DNA of 64,000 nucleotides from Anaerohalosphaeraceae bacterium (GCA_050309605.1 JBNRMN010000034.1:128001-192000), one strand, 5' to 3'. Shown: positions 1 to 10,489, counted from the stretch's first letter. Translations and numbers: made by a program. Notes: generated by a model from the letters alone, not told the origin.

Positions 1-308
1 CCGCAGGAATGACACAACTGCTCAAACACCATCGCCGCACCTTTGACGGCCACAATCGCGCTGTACTGACATAACTGTCCGCATTTGCCGCAGCCGTTGC
101 ATGTGTCCAAATCCACCTGCGGCACACCGACCGTGACGTCTTCGGTGCTGTCCCAGTGGGGCTTGAGAAAAATGTGCCCGTTCGGCTCCTCGACATCACA
201 GTCCAGATACTGCACCGCGCGCCCGTCGTGCGCCAGTGCCACGGCCAGATTGGTCGAAAGCGTCGTCTTGCCCGTGCCGCCTTTTCCACTTGCAATGGCT
301 ATTTTCAT
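1..308 (-). CDS. MinD-superfamily P-loop ATPase with inserted 4Fe-4S ferredoxin domain (partial, runs off window start)
   Basis: Manual translation from ATG at 308 (alternative 317): [16 protein letters not shown]...[13 protein letters not shown]...[11 protein letters not shown], i.e. a deviant Walker A plus CxxCxxCxxxC. Not in the ORF track because it is truncated. Confidence 0.9.
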   Translation of the reverse strand, partial: MKIAIASGKGGTGKTTLSTNLAVALAHDGRAVQYLDCDVEEPNGHIFLKPHWDSTEDVTVGVPQVDLDTCNGCGKCGQLCQYSAIVAVKGAAMVFEQLCHSC

Positions 309-352
309 TGTTGCCATAAATTACACAGTGCTGCTGAATCAGTTTGAGCCAA

Positions 353-691
353 TTATTTGCTTTCGATTTCTTGAATCCGTTGATTGACCTGATTGAGGCT
401 GTTTTGCAGGAATTCGGCCTGCTGCTTCAATACGTCAATTTCGGACGCGGCGGGGGCTGTCGGGCCGACGGCTGCGCCGAACCCATAACCACCTCTGGCC
501 CGGCCGGGAAGACCGGTGGCATAATACCAATGCCGCCAGCCTCGTCCGCCGCCGCGACCGCGGCCTCCACCCCAAAATCCGCCGCCTACCGGGTTCATAT
601 ATCCCGGAACGCCGTAACCTGCACAAAAACCGGCCGCTCGGCCTGTCATCGGGCCCAATCCTGCAGGGCCTGTTCTGTCTCCACCTGGCAT
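353..691 (-). CDS. DUF5320 family Gly/Arg-rich protein
   Basis: N-terminus MPGGDRTGPAGLGPMTGRAAGFC, Gly/Arg-rich middle and C-terminal coiled coil; AAAGGA RBS upstream. Confidence 0.85.
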   Translation of the reverse strand: MPGGDRTGPAGLGPMTGRAAGFCAGYGVPGYMNPVGGGFWGGGRGRGGGRGWRHWYYATGLPGRARGGYGFGAAVGPTAPAASEIDVLKQQAEFLQNSLNQVNQRIQEIESK

Positions 692-739
692 AATCGTGTC
701 CTTTCAAAAAAAAGTTAAGCTCATGTCATTTGTGTTCTG

Positions 740-1627
740 TTAAATCCCGGCATTTTCTTTATCCTCTGTCAAAACAGTTGTTTTCTGAAAAATCATCCGG
801 CCGATCTCGCAGCCGATGTGTTCGGCGATCACCGGACATTTGACCTTCAATAAAAAATAGAGCGGTCTGTACGTCTCGCTTAAGGTTTCGTAGTTGCCTT
901 GGCCTTTGGCAATGATCAGATCGGCGTTTTCAAATATATATCGAAATGATTCCGAACAGCAGCCCAGCAGCGTCCCCGGAGTGTCCGAGCCGTTATCAAT
1001 AACTTCAACCAAAGATGTCAAACCGACAGCCTCGGCGTCCGCCATGGTTGCGTCATTGATGACCGGCGACCCTTTCACTGCAACGGTGACTTTTTCAAGC
1101 GGCAGTTGTTCAATCAACAGCCGGTCAAAGACGATTTCACCGGCATTGTCGGCCAAAAACAAAATACGCCCGGCCGACTGAATTGCCTCCCTGAATTCCT
1201 CGATCGCGGTCGTATCAAAATCATCCTCAAGACATCCCTCAATCGTCTTGTCCAGATCGCTTTGGCGGACGCTGCCGAACACGCCTAAATCAATGATATT
1301 GCCTGCAATCGCCAGACGAACAGCCGTCTCAAGCGGATTGTCGGCACGATTGACCCGCTTGCGCAATTCAGGATACATCGCCAGGGCGATGCCGTTAAAT
1401 CTCTCTTTAATCTGACGATACGGGTCCGGGTTGCCGGACAGATTCCGCACCCACCGGTGAATTTGCCCTCCGATAGCCGGCGGGCTTTGGTTCATATCCA
1501 TATCGCTTGCAAAACGTAATACCCGCCTGACGACCTGTTTATGCACGTCAGGATCATCACTGGCCCGGCGAACCGCCTCCAGCGATTGTCGAATAAAACA
1601 CGGCATACAGTCAATGTACGTTCGCAT
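740..1627 (-). CDS. DUF89/ARMT1-like damage-control phosphatase
   Basis: MRTYIDCMPC start; AIAGNIID, DNAGEIVFD and KGQGNYETL motifs. Confidence 0.88.
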   Translation of the reverse strand: MRTYIDCMPCFIRQSLEAVRRASDDPDVHKQVVRRVLRFASDMDMNQSPPAIGGQIHRWVRNLSGNPDPYRQIKERFNGIALAMYPELRKRVNRADNPLETAVRLAIAGNIIDLGVFGSVRQSDLDKTIEGCLEDDFDTTAIEEFREAIQSAGRILFLADNAGEIVFDRLLIEQLPLEKVTVAVKGSPVINDATMADAEAVGLTSLVEVIDNGSDTPGTLLGCCSESFRYIFENADLIIAKGQGNYETLSETYRPLYFLLKVKCPVIAEHIGCEIGRMIFQKTTVLTEDKENAGI

Positions 1628-1644
1628 GGTTATTCTCGTAAATG

Positions 1645-2013
1645 TTACCAATGCCCTTCGACGTTCGCGGCGCTGACCTGTTTCAATTCACCCTTTTTGA
1701 AAAGCTCCACAGCATCCTGTACCGAGTGCTGATCGGCCAGATAGATTTGTATCCCGGCCGCGTTGAGGGTTTTGAAGGCGTTTGGGCCGACATTTCCGGT
1801 AATGACTGCCTCAACGCCTAAGTCCGCCATATTTCGGGCTGTCTGGATGCCGGCGCCTTGTGCGGCATTGAGATTAACCGTGTTGTCATGGGCGGTGCAG
1901 TCGCCGGTGTCCGTATTGACCACAATGATATAACCTGCTCTGCCGAATCGCGGATCGACCGCATCCGTGGGCTTGTCGCCTTGCGCTGTAATTGCCAGTT
2001 TCATTTTTGTCAT
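1645..2013 (-). CDS. NifB/NifX-family (IssA/orange protein-like) metal-cluster-binding protein
   Basis: DPRFGRA, GAGIQ and ITGNVGPNAF motifs. Confidence 0.88.
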   Translation of the reverse strand: MTKMKLAITAQGDKPTDAVDPRFGRAGYIIVVNTDTGDCTAHDNTVNLNAAQGAGIQTARNMADLGVEAVITGNVGPNAFKTLNAAGIQIYLADQHSVQDAVELFKKGELKQVSAANVEGHW

Positions 2014-2441
2014 CCTTTGCTGTCATTAACCTGCGTTTGTTCGATTGCTTGCTGCCATCGCCGTCCGTGTCGGCCGCGTTGCCTGACCGAACAGCCGCGA
2101 CGCCTGCCGCCGCAGCCCGGCAAAACAAATTGCGGCTGATGCAGCGATCCGGCCAGATACGCCGCCACAATCTGCTCGGTCGGGCCGGTCACAAACGGCA
2201 CAATCCGAATACCCGAACCGTTCAGCCACGCCGCTGACGTCCTGGAAATCGCTCCGCAGATCAGGACTTCAACGCCAATCTGCAACAGAAACGCCGCTTT
2301 TTCAATGCCCGACCGGCCATCCAAGTCGATGGAACGGCGAGCGATCTCCTTGCCTTGTTTCGACTCAACCAGAAGAATAGCGCCGGCAAAGTCGAAGACA
2401 TTCGAAACCTGATTTTGCCATATCGCGATTGCGATCTTCAT
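2010..2441 (-). CDS. NifB/NifX-family protein with Arg/Gly/Cys-rich C-terminal tail
   Basis: MKIAIAIW...VSNVFDFA...VEVLICGAIS...LPGCGGRRRGC. Start moved to ATG 2441 because the ORF-track start lies upstream of the sigma54 promoter. Confidence 0.8.
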   Translation of the reverse strand: MKIAIAIWQNQVSNVFDFAGAILLVESKQGKEIARRSIDLDGRSGIEKAAFLLQIGVEVLICGAISRTSAAWLNGSGIRIVPFVTGPTEQIVAAYLAGSLHQPQFVLPGCGGRRRGCSVRQRGRHGRRWQQAIEQTQVNDSKG

Positions 2442-2453
2442 AGTGAAGGAAAA

Positions 2454-2469
2454 AGCAAGGGGTGTGCCA
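2454..2469 (-). promoter_or_regulatory. sigma54 -24/-12 promoter of the orp-like operon
   Basis: Minus strand TGGCAC-ACCCC-TTGCT matches the TGGCAC-N5-TTGCW consensus and lies next to a sigma54 activator gene. Confidence 0.85.
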
Positions 2470-2558
2470 GACGCTATTGCTCTCAACTGGTTTTATCTAA
2501 CTTCTTATAAAAAAAGGAATTAAAGAAGCCTGAAGAAAATGGGAACGAGGAAGATAGC

Positions 2559-2604
2559 TTGCGTTATGCAATGAATGGGTTTTCCTGGTCATTGCAAAAT
2601 ACAA
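2559..2604. promoter_or_regulatory. Paired enhancer sites (TTGCA-N3-TGCAA-like) for the PAS sigma54 activator
   Basis: TTGCGTTATGCAA at 2559-2571 and TTGCAAAATACAA at 2592-2604; a third copy lies upstream of the activator gene. Confidence 0.65.
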
Positions 2605-2614
2605 GGGAAGCTGG

Positions 2615-3958
2615 CTAAGCGGACTCCATTTCCACATCGAGTTTTTTGAGTTTGCGGAACAGGGTACTGGGGTCGATGCCCAGCGCCCGGGCGGCGGCGG
2701 TGCGGTTGCCGTTGTGCTGTCGCAGAGACTGGACAATCATCATCTTTTCCATCTGTTCCAGTGTCTGAATGCCTTGGTTGCCGGCTGCGGCATGTGAGGA
2801 AGGGTTCAAAAACGGCGGCAGATGGGCCGCCTCGATGATATCACCCGAACACAGAACAAAACAATGCTCAATGATATTTTCCAGTTCGCGGATATTGCCG
2901 GCAAAGTCATACGCCAGCAGGGCCGCCATCGCCTCGCTGCTGAACCCGCAGATGTTTTTATTGTAGCGTGCGTTGAATTGGCCGATAAAATGCTCGGCCA
3001 ACAGCGGAATGTCTTCGCGGCGTTCCTTCAGCGGCGGCAGGGAAAGCTTGACTACATTGATGCGATAGTACAGATCGCTTCGAAATGTACCCTGCTTGAC
3101 CTGCTCATCCAGGTTCTTATTCGTGGCGGTAATGATGCGTACATCGGCTTTTTCGGTTGCAATGCCGCCGACCGGCTCATAGGTCTTTTCCTGAAGGACG
3201 CGAAGCAATTTGACCTGCACCGCCGGCGAAACGTCGCCGATCTCGTCGAGAAACAGTACCCCCCCCTCGGCCAGCTTGAATCGCCCCGGCTTATCCTTTT
3301 TGGCGTCGGTAAACGCCCCGGCCTTGTAGCCGAACAGCTCCGACTCCAGCAGCGTATCCGGCAGCGCACCGCAGTTGACCGCAATAAACGGCTTATCCCT
3401 GCGACCGCTCAGACTGTGAATCGCGCGAGCAAAAAGCTCTTTACCCGTTCCCGTTTGTCCCTCGATTAATACCGAACAGTCGCTTTGGGCAATCTGCGGC
3501 AGGACATGGAACAGCTCCTGAATCCGGTGATTCCGACTGACAATGTCCTCAAAGGTATATTGTTTCCGGAGCTGTTTTTGAAGTTGTTCAACCAACGTCA
3601 TATCGCGGAATGTCTCAACGCCTCCGATGACATGGCCGTTTTTATCTTTCAGCAGGGCCGTGGAGATGCTGACGGCCTTTTGTCGGCCTTCGACATCGAT
3701 GATATGCACCGGCCTGTTCAAGACGGGACGACCGGTATCCATTGTTTCGCGTAACGCACACCCTGACTCACAGACGTCGGCCCGCAACACCTCCCGGCAA
3801 GGCCGACCAATGGCCTGCTCACGAGAAATCCCCGTGATTTTCTCCGCGGCAAGGTTAAAATAAGTCACCTTCCAACCAGCATCTACGGTAAACACGCCTT
3901 CCGTAATCGAATCCAACACGATATCTTTTACAACCTTGTCCATAAATGCATAATACAT
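2615..3958 (-). CDS. PAS-domain sigma54-dependent transcriptional activator (OrpR-like)
   Basis: N-terminal PAS with C-x8-C-x3-C, Walker [15 protein letters not shown] loop, LFLDEIG and a C-terminal Fis-type HTH. Confidence 0.92.
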   Translation of the reverse strand: MYYAFMDKVVKDIVLDSITEGVFTVDAGWKVTYFNLAAEKITGISREQAIGRPCREVLRADVCESGCALRETMDTGRPVLNRPVHIIDVEGRQKAVSISTALLKDKNGHVIGGVETFRDMTLVEQLQKQLRKQYTFEDIVSRNHRIQELFHVLPQIAQSDCSVLIEGQTGTGKELFARAIHSLSGRRDKPFIAVNCGALPDTLLESELFGYKAGAFTDAKKDKPGRFKLAEGGVLFLDEIGDVSPAVQVKLLRVLQEKTYEPVGGIATEKADVRIITATNKNLDEQVKQGTFRSDLYYRINVVKLSLPPLKERREDIPLLAEHFIGQFNARYNKNICGFSSEAMAALLAYDFAGNIRELENIIEHCFVLCSGDIIEAAHLPPFLNPSSHAAAGNQGIQTLEQMEKMMIVQSLRQHNGNRTAAARALGIDPSTLFRKLKKLDVEMESA

Positions 3959-3965
3959 GAAACTA

Positions 3966-3978
3966 TTGCAAAATGCAA
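3966..3978. promoter_or_regulatory. Putative autoregulatory site of the PAS activator
   Basis: TTGCAAAATGCAA, with perfect inverted half-sites, just upstream of the activator start codon. Confidence 0.6.
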
Positions 3979-4038
3979 CAGCCTTTTGGGCCAGTGCGGA
4001 CGCAAAGGCCTTTCACCCATCATGCAACCTCAAGCCGG

Positions 4039-5193
4039 CTAATCTTTATACAAGCATAGCTCGTTGAAAATCCTCTCTGCGGTCGGAAATGAGACTGAGG
4101 CGTTGTACCACAGGCCGGGGCGGTTTTTACGATAGACAAACCAGCCAATAGTCGCCACGTGTTCTTGTCGGTTCAGTGCATAAGGATAGTATTCCGGTAC
4201 TCCGGCAGTGTTCAATTCAGCCTGCTTGAGAATCCCTTCCAGCTCGGCCGGATCGTTTTCCGCAAATTTGCCCAGCAGGCGCACGCCGTCGATGTCGATA
4301 AACCAACAGTGATAATACTGCACTTTCTTTTTTTCGCCTTCAGGTAAGCACTTTTCGCCGCGGCCGATGTGGATAATCCGCACATTCGTCAGCCGTCTCG
4401 TCCAGTCAAAATCGGGATGCAAAAGCGCATTCAATCGGGCGGTCTGTTTCTTTCGACGTTGGGCGGTCTCAAAGTCCAGCACCGCGGCGGCTTGTTTCAT
4501 TTGTCGGCGACGACTATCGATGGCCTCGGTGAGGTTTCCGTCGGCGGCCCAAACGGCCTGATCAACGTGTTGAGCATACGCCGCGCGCCCGTGTCCACGG
4601 CAGCACAGTCCGTGACAGGTCCGCATCTGCCGATAGGGACAGCTTTCGGGGTTGTCGCTGTCCAGCAGGGCGGGGTTGCGGCACAGTTCAAAGGCAAAGT
4701 TCAGACTCTCACAAAACTGAGTCGCCGTTCGGCGATTGGCAAACGGGCCGAACACGTCAACCGACTCATCAGACTCGACAGCACCGGTTAAATAAAAATA
4801 GGGGAACGGTCGTGTCCTGTCTATTGCCGCAAAGACTCGCCGCGGCAGGGCGATCCACTTTTTCCACTGTGTGCCGAATACCGCATGAGTCAGCCGCTGA
4901 TATAAAAGATGGCGTTCGAAATCATTGGCACAGCAGACATAATACACCTGCCGTGTTACGGAGGCCATATCAGCCCTGCGATGCGGGGTGTCGTCGCCGC
5001 TGTCGGCCAAACGCGAGCGGCTCAGGGTCCTTAGATTGGCGGTCTGGATAAGCTGGATCGGCTGATTCAATGCATCGGCAAAGAGCAAAACACCCCTGCG
5101 GGCAGGCAGCTCCGCAAGGGTGTCAACGTCAGTGTGTTCAGCCGAAAGCGTTAAAGAACCCTCAAACAGCGATTCCCACGCCGCCGCATCCAT
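4039..5193 (-). CDS. UvrC N-terminal-like protein (degenerate GIY-YIG, Cys cluster, UVR domain)
   Basis: LPARRGVLLF...ANLR, VFGPF, C...CPY...CHGLC, and MKQAAAVLDFETAQRRK (UVR motif). Confidence 0.7.
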   Translation of the reverse strand: MDAAAWESLFEGSLTLSAEHTDVDTLAELPARRGVLLFADALNQPIQLIQTANLRTLSRSRLADSGDDTPHRRADMASVTRQVYYVCCANDFERHLLYQRLTHAVFGTQWKKWIALPRRVFAAIDRTRPFPYFYLTGAVESDESVDVFGPFANRRTATQFCESLNFAFELCRNPALLDSDNPESCPYRQMRTCHGLCCRGHGRAAYAQHVDQAVWAADGNLTEAIDSRRRQMKQAAAVLDFETAQRRKKQTARLNALLHPDFDWTRRLTNVRIIHIGRGEKCLPEGEKKKVQYYHCWFIDIDGVRLLGKFAENDPAELEGILKQAELNTAGVPEYYPYALNRQEHVATIGWFVYRKNRPGLWYNASVSFPTAERIFNELCLYKD

Positions 5194-5666
5194 CAGACCC
5201 TCATACCGCTTATGACCGTATCGAAAACCATTTTGTCATCAACAACGCCCTGAACTTTGGCGGAGAACTGGCGGCTGCGAACTTTATGAATGTGCCCCAA
5301 CAGATAAAGCCGATCGCCCGGCACGACCGTCTCACGAAATTTGGTTTCGTCAATGCCGGCAAATCCGATAAACCCATCCAGGCCGTAAATCCGCTTCATA
5401 AAAAAGCTGCACAACTGTGCGGCCGCTTCGACCATAATCACACCCGGCATAATCGGCCGGCCGGGAATATGACCGCGAATCCAGAATTCTTTATCCGTAA
5501 CATCCTTGTACCCCAGGCACAACATGCGGGGCAAGTCATACCACACAATCGCATCAAGCTGAGACATCTCATACGATTGCGGATTGACCTGTGCAATTGC
5601 CTGACGGTCAAATTCTACCTTATCCAAGTCCAGATCCAACAAATCAAACAATCGGGTCGGGGGCAT
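5193..5666 (-). CDS. fabZ: 3-hydroxyacyl-ACP dehydratase (FabZ/FabA family)
   Basis: EFWIRGHIPGRPIMPGVIMVEAAAQ and KFRETVVPGD motifs. Confidence 0.85.
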   Translation of the reverse strand: MPPTRLFDLLDLDLDKVEFDRQAIAQVNPQSYEMSQLDAIVWYDLPRMLCLGYKDVTDKEFWIRGHIPGRPIMPGVIMVEAAAQLCSFFMKRIYGLDGFIGFAGIDETKFRETVVPGDRLYLLGHIHKVRSRQFSAKVQGVVDDKMVFDTVISGMRV

Positions 5667-5750
5667 GCAGTCCTCATTTCCACTCAGGTTGTGTTAGGTT
5701 GTGTTTTATGCAGTACGAAAGCCTAACGACAGGGAGTATCTCCGCAGTTA

Positions 5751-5924
5751 TTATTCGGTCGAGCGAATCTCAAGGATATTATTGCGAACATCCTGAGCCG
5801 CTTGTTTGATCAGTTGCATTTGTTTGCGGACACGGGTCCCGGCAGCCTTATTGCCGCCCTCGGCCTTTTGTATATCCGATTCAATCTCCGCAACGAGAGT
5901 CTTCAGTTTTTCGTAAGCTTGCAT
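5751..5924 (-). CDS. Small histone H1-like (Hc1-family) protein, 57 aa
   Basis: Manual translation MQAYEKLKTLVAEIESDIQKAEGGNKAAGTRVRKQMQLIKQAAQDVRNNILEIRSTE; GNKAAGTRVR motif; strong GGAGGT RBS. Below the ORF-track length cutoff. Confidence 0.85.
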   Translation of the reverse strand: MQAYEKLKTLVAEIESDIQKAEGGNKAAGTRVRKQMQLIKQAAQDVRNNILEIRSTE

Positions 5925-6045
5925 GAATCATACCTCCCAAGCAGTCATAAAATAGTATTGTTTTATAGTGAATTCCAATAACAAGTTGGCCTTTTTACCG
6001 GTTTGAGCGGCATTTTGCAACCTTTTTTTGACCTGCGGCCATATT

Positions 6046-6522
6046 TTACCCGAATAGTTTAGTGGCCAGCTCCGCGATGCGCTGCCCGCGTCGGGCACAT
6101 TGGCTCAGTACCCGGTCATCGGGCTTGCCGATGGACACCGGTCCGTAATGGTCGCCCTGCGGGTCGCCCTGGATAATCATCCCGTGGATCAACATTCGGT
6201 GAAGAATGCCGCAGACGGTTGTCTCATTGCCGCCGCCGATGTTGGCGGAACTGGAGAAGGCAGCACCGATTTTTCCGTCTAATTTGCCGTGCTTGCTGAC
6301 GGATTCGTCAAACATTGCTGCTATTGGAGCGGCAGCATGTCCATAATAAGTCGGCGAACCGACGACAATCGCGTCGGCGGCCAAAAGATCATCAACATTG
6401 ACTTCCGTTGCGCTTTTGCATTTGGTCGGAACACCGGCTTTACCCATTGCCTCGGCGATTGCCTTGGCCATGGTTTTGGTATTACCGCTGCGCGAGTAAT
6501 AGACTACCAAACCGTTGGCCAT
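6046..6522 (-). CDS. Flavodoxin/WrbA-like NAD(P)H-dependent oxidoreductase
   Basis: YYSRSGNT FMN-binding loop, GSPTYYG and GGGNET. Confidence 0.88.
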   Translation of the reverse strand: MANGLVVYYSRSGNTKTMAKAIAEAMGKAGVPTKCKSATEVNVDDLLAADAIVVGSPTYYGHAAAPIAAMFDESVSKHGKLDGKIGAAFSSSANIGGGNETTVCGILHRMLIHGMIIQGDPQGDHYGPVSIGKPDDRVLSQCARRGQRIAELATKLFG

Positions 6523-6524
6523 AA

Positions 6525-7358
6525 TCAGTCCTGTCCTTTCAATTGAGGTTCCCGCTTCAGTGGTTCTCTATTTTTACGGAAATGGGTCGGTGTTTCAATC
6601 GTAAAAGTCTGCTTTTCCATTTTTTTATTGATCTGGATAGTGGAAAAACGGATGTCATAAATGTCGTCCTGAGTCGAAAGGGCACGAACACGGCGTGGCA
6701 AGTAAAGACTATTGTCAATCCAAAAATCTATCTTTTTGTAGTCCTTGTGGTATCGCGAATCCTCGCGCACATCCAAAACCAGATGGATGAGATTGGGGTC
6801 ATCATCTTCGTCAGCCTCTGCAATCTGCACGTCAAACTCCGAATCAAACTGTTTGCTGCCTGAAAAGCCCACCAGCGGAAAACGATGGCTGATATAGTCA
6901 AGCGCATCAATGGGTTCATCTTCCGGAGCCTGCTGAACCATCTCAATTTGTTCAAGAGCAAAATCGATCTTCGTCAGCCAAACACCGTCAAATAAATAGA
7001 CCTCGCGACGCTTTTCTTCTTCAAAATCGTCCTGTTTGACCGTATGAAACTCGATTCGCACCCGCGAGCGGCCGTCGCTTTTCAGGTAGAACAGTTGGCC
7101 CTTGCGAAGGGTGTGGGAACCCAAAAAATCAGGATTTTCGATAAACAAATACTCGATTTGTGAGGTGCAGGACGTCAGCCCCAGGGCATTTTTTTGCAAT
7201 CGGCTGAGGATTTTCTCGAGCGGCGAAGCCGCAGACGGGTCAGCCGAGGCTTGTGCTTCATCTGCCGAAGCACAGCACGATGTATCCTGAGTTAGTGCGG
7301 TTTCCACAAGCCCCACCAGCAGGGCGGCAAAACAAACCCATATCAGTCGCATAACCAT
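6525..7358 (-). CDS. LolA-like periplasmic lipoprotein carrier family protein
   Basis: Signal peptide followed by a LolA-like beta-strand pattern (YLFDGVWL, FWIDNSLYLPRRV). Start uncertain (7358 or 7352). Confidence 0.55.
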   Translation of the reverse strand: MVMRLIWVCFAALLVGLVETALTQDTSCCASADEAQASADPSAASPLEKILSRLQKNALGLTSCTSQIEYLFIENPDFLGSHTLRKGQLFYLKSDGRSRVRIEFHTVKQDDFEEEKRREVYLFDGVWLTKIDFALEQIEMVQQAPEDEPIDALDYISHRFPLVGFSGSKQFDSEFDVQIAEADEDDDPNLIHLVLDVREDSRYHKDYKKIDFWIDNSLYLPRRVRALSTQDDIYDIRFSTIQINKKMEKQTFTIETPTHFRKNREPLKREPQLKGQD

Positions 7359-7362
7359 CCTT

Positions 7363-7959
7363 TCAACGGTCCTGTTCCATTTGATCAATCAGCGGCAGCA
7401 CTTCGTCCAGCCGATGAATCACATAATCGGCCAAACATTCAAAGGTATCCGCTTGTGCGTGATTTTTCAACAAAATTGCCACGGCGCCGACATTTCGTGC
7501 CGCTTCGAGATCGTGTTTGAAATCACCGATAACCAGCGTTTGGTTTGGTGCTGCGACGAATCGTTGGCATAAAACCGCCACGCCGTATCCGTCGGGCTTG
7601 GCGGGGCCGTCTTCCCGACAGATCATCGCATCAAAACGCAAATTATGCTTTTGGGCAACATAAACCGCATTTTGGCGGGTATTGCGTGTCAAAACGCCCA
7701 CCGGGATTTGGCGCGCCCGCAAAAGGTTCAGCAGTTCGGCCGCCCCATCGTTGAGCGTTGAATGTTCCGCGGCGGCCTGTTCGTGAGCTGTCAAAATCGC
7801 CTCGGCCTTTTGCCGCTGAGTTTCCGGCATGGCCGAAATCGCCTCCAATACCCCGATACCTTCCGGCTGGATGCCGATCTCACGACGTATCACATCAAAA
7901 TCCAGAAACGGCTCGGTCAATGTTCCGTCCAAATCGAATATGACAGCTTGTATCTTCAT
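7363..7959 (-). CDS. HAD-superfamily hydrolase
   Basis: IFDLDGTL, LTRN, KP and IGDFKHD motifs. Confidence 0.9.
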   Translation of the reverse strand: MKIQAVIFDLDGTLTEPFLDFDVIRREIGIQPEGIGVLEAISAMPETQRQKAEAILTAHEQAAAEHSTLNDGAAELLNLLRARQIPVGVLTRNTRQNAVYVAQKHNLRFDAMICREDGPAKPDGYGVAVLCQRFVAAPNQTLVIGDFKHDLEAARNVGAVAILLKNHAQADTFECLADYVIHRLDEVLPLIDQMEQDR

Positions 7960-8846
7960 AACTCCGATTCGAAATCCTTGCGCAGCAGTTCAAGCAGATA
8001 CCGTGCGGCTTTGACTAAGTGTTTGTCTTTGCGTATGATAATACCGGTAGGGCGATAAAAGTGTTCATTGGTAAACGCCACCGCTTTCAGGGTGCCGGCC
8101 GCCAGTTCGCTTCGAAGACAAGGCTTGGGAAGAATGCTGATCCCCGCATTGATTTCAACCGCTCGTTTGATGGTTTCAACGTTATCAAACTCCATCAGGA
8201 CGCGAACCGGAACATTGTATTTTTTCAGAATGGTATCCACGTGTCGTCGGGTTGGAACTTCGGCGGAAAAAGCGATAAATTTTTCTCCCTGAAGCTGATG
8301 AATATCAATTTCATATTCCTTCGCAAAAGGATGTTCCGGCGCACAGACCAGCAGCAGCGTTTCATTTTCAAACGGATAGACCTCAATGTTCTTGTCGCGA
8401 TGCGGCAGGGCGACCACGCCGATATCAATACCGCCGCGAAGCAGCCGATCATAAATATCCTTGGCGTTTTGATATTCTATGGATAGATTGACATCCGGGT
8501 AAATGCCCATAAATTTTTTGACATACGGCTGAAGGGTGTGCATGCCGATACTGAAGATGGCCGCCAGATGAATTTTACAGCTTTGACGGCTAAGCTGAAC
8601 AATCTCACTGTTGAGCCGCTGATAGCGTTCAATGATATCCCGACAGGCCTTCAGGAAGATTTCCCCCGCGGCGGTCAGTTCAATGGGGCGTTTTTTGCGA
8701 TCCACCAACTGAACATTGTATTCCATTTCCAGTTGAGCGATTTGCTGTGAAACCGCCGATTGGCTGATGCCGTGTATCTCGGCGGCGCGAGAAAAATTTT
8801 TCAATTCCACTACATCACAAAAAAGTTTGGCGGTTTCCAGATTCAT
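7956..8846 (-). CDS. LysR-family transcriptional regulator, divergent from gdhA
   Basis: NFSRAAEIHGISQSAVSQQIAQLE HTH plus substrate-binding domain; start set at MNLETAK. Confidence 0.92.
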   Translation of the reverse strand: MNLETAKLFCDVVELKNFSRAAEIHGISQSAVSQQIAQLEMEYNVQLVDRKKRPIELTAAGEIFLKACRDIIERYQRLNSEIVQLSRQSCKIHLAAIFSIGMHTLQPYVKKFMGIYPDVNLSIEYQNAKDIYDRLLRGGIDIGVVALPHRDKNIEVYPFENETLLLVCAPEHPFAKEYEIDIHQLQGEKFIAFSAEVPTRRHVDTILKKYNVPVRVLMEFDNVETIKRAVEINAGISILPKPCLRSELAAGTLKAVAFTNEHFYRPTGIIIRKDKHLVKAARYLLELLRKDFESEL

Positions 8847-9071
8847 AATAAGATTTTCTAATTCGAGGTATTCCAAAAGATAATTTGTGATAACCACGTT
8901 CTAAAATTATTATAAGTTACTTTAATTTTACTGTAAACAAAAAAAATACAAGCACGGCTGCAGGACGTGTTTTAGAGAAAAAGAGATGTGAAAGCCCCTG
9001 ATTTTGTCATCTATACTTTGGGGGTTTTCGGACAACTGAATGGCTTTTAGATTTGAAAAATCGGAGGTTAG

Positions 9072-10427
<1,356 letters not shown>

Positions 10428-10452
10428 TTGGTGCGTGATTGACGGATAGACC

Positions 10453-10489
10453 AAAGCCCCTTTTCGACATGTCGAAAAGGGGCTTTTTA
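10453..10489 (+). terminator. Intrinsic terminator after gdhA (perfect 34-bp palindrome)
   Basis: AAAGCCCCTTTTCGACA|TGTCGAAAAGGGGCTTT followed by further T residues. Confidence 0.8.
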
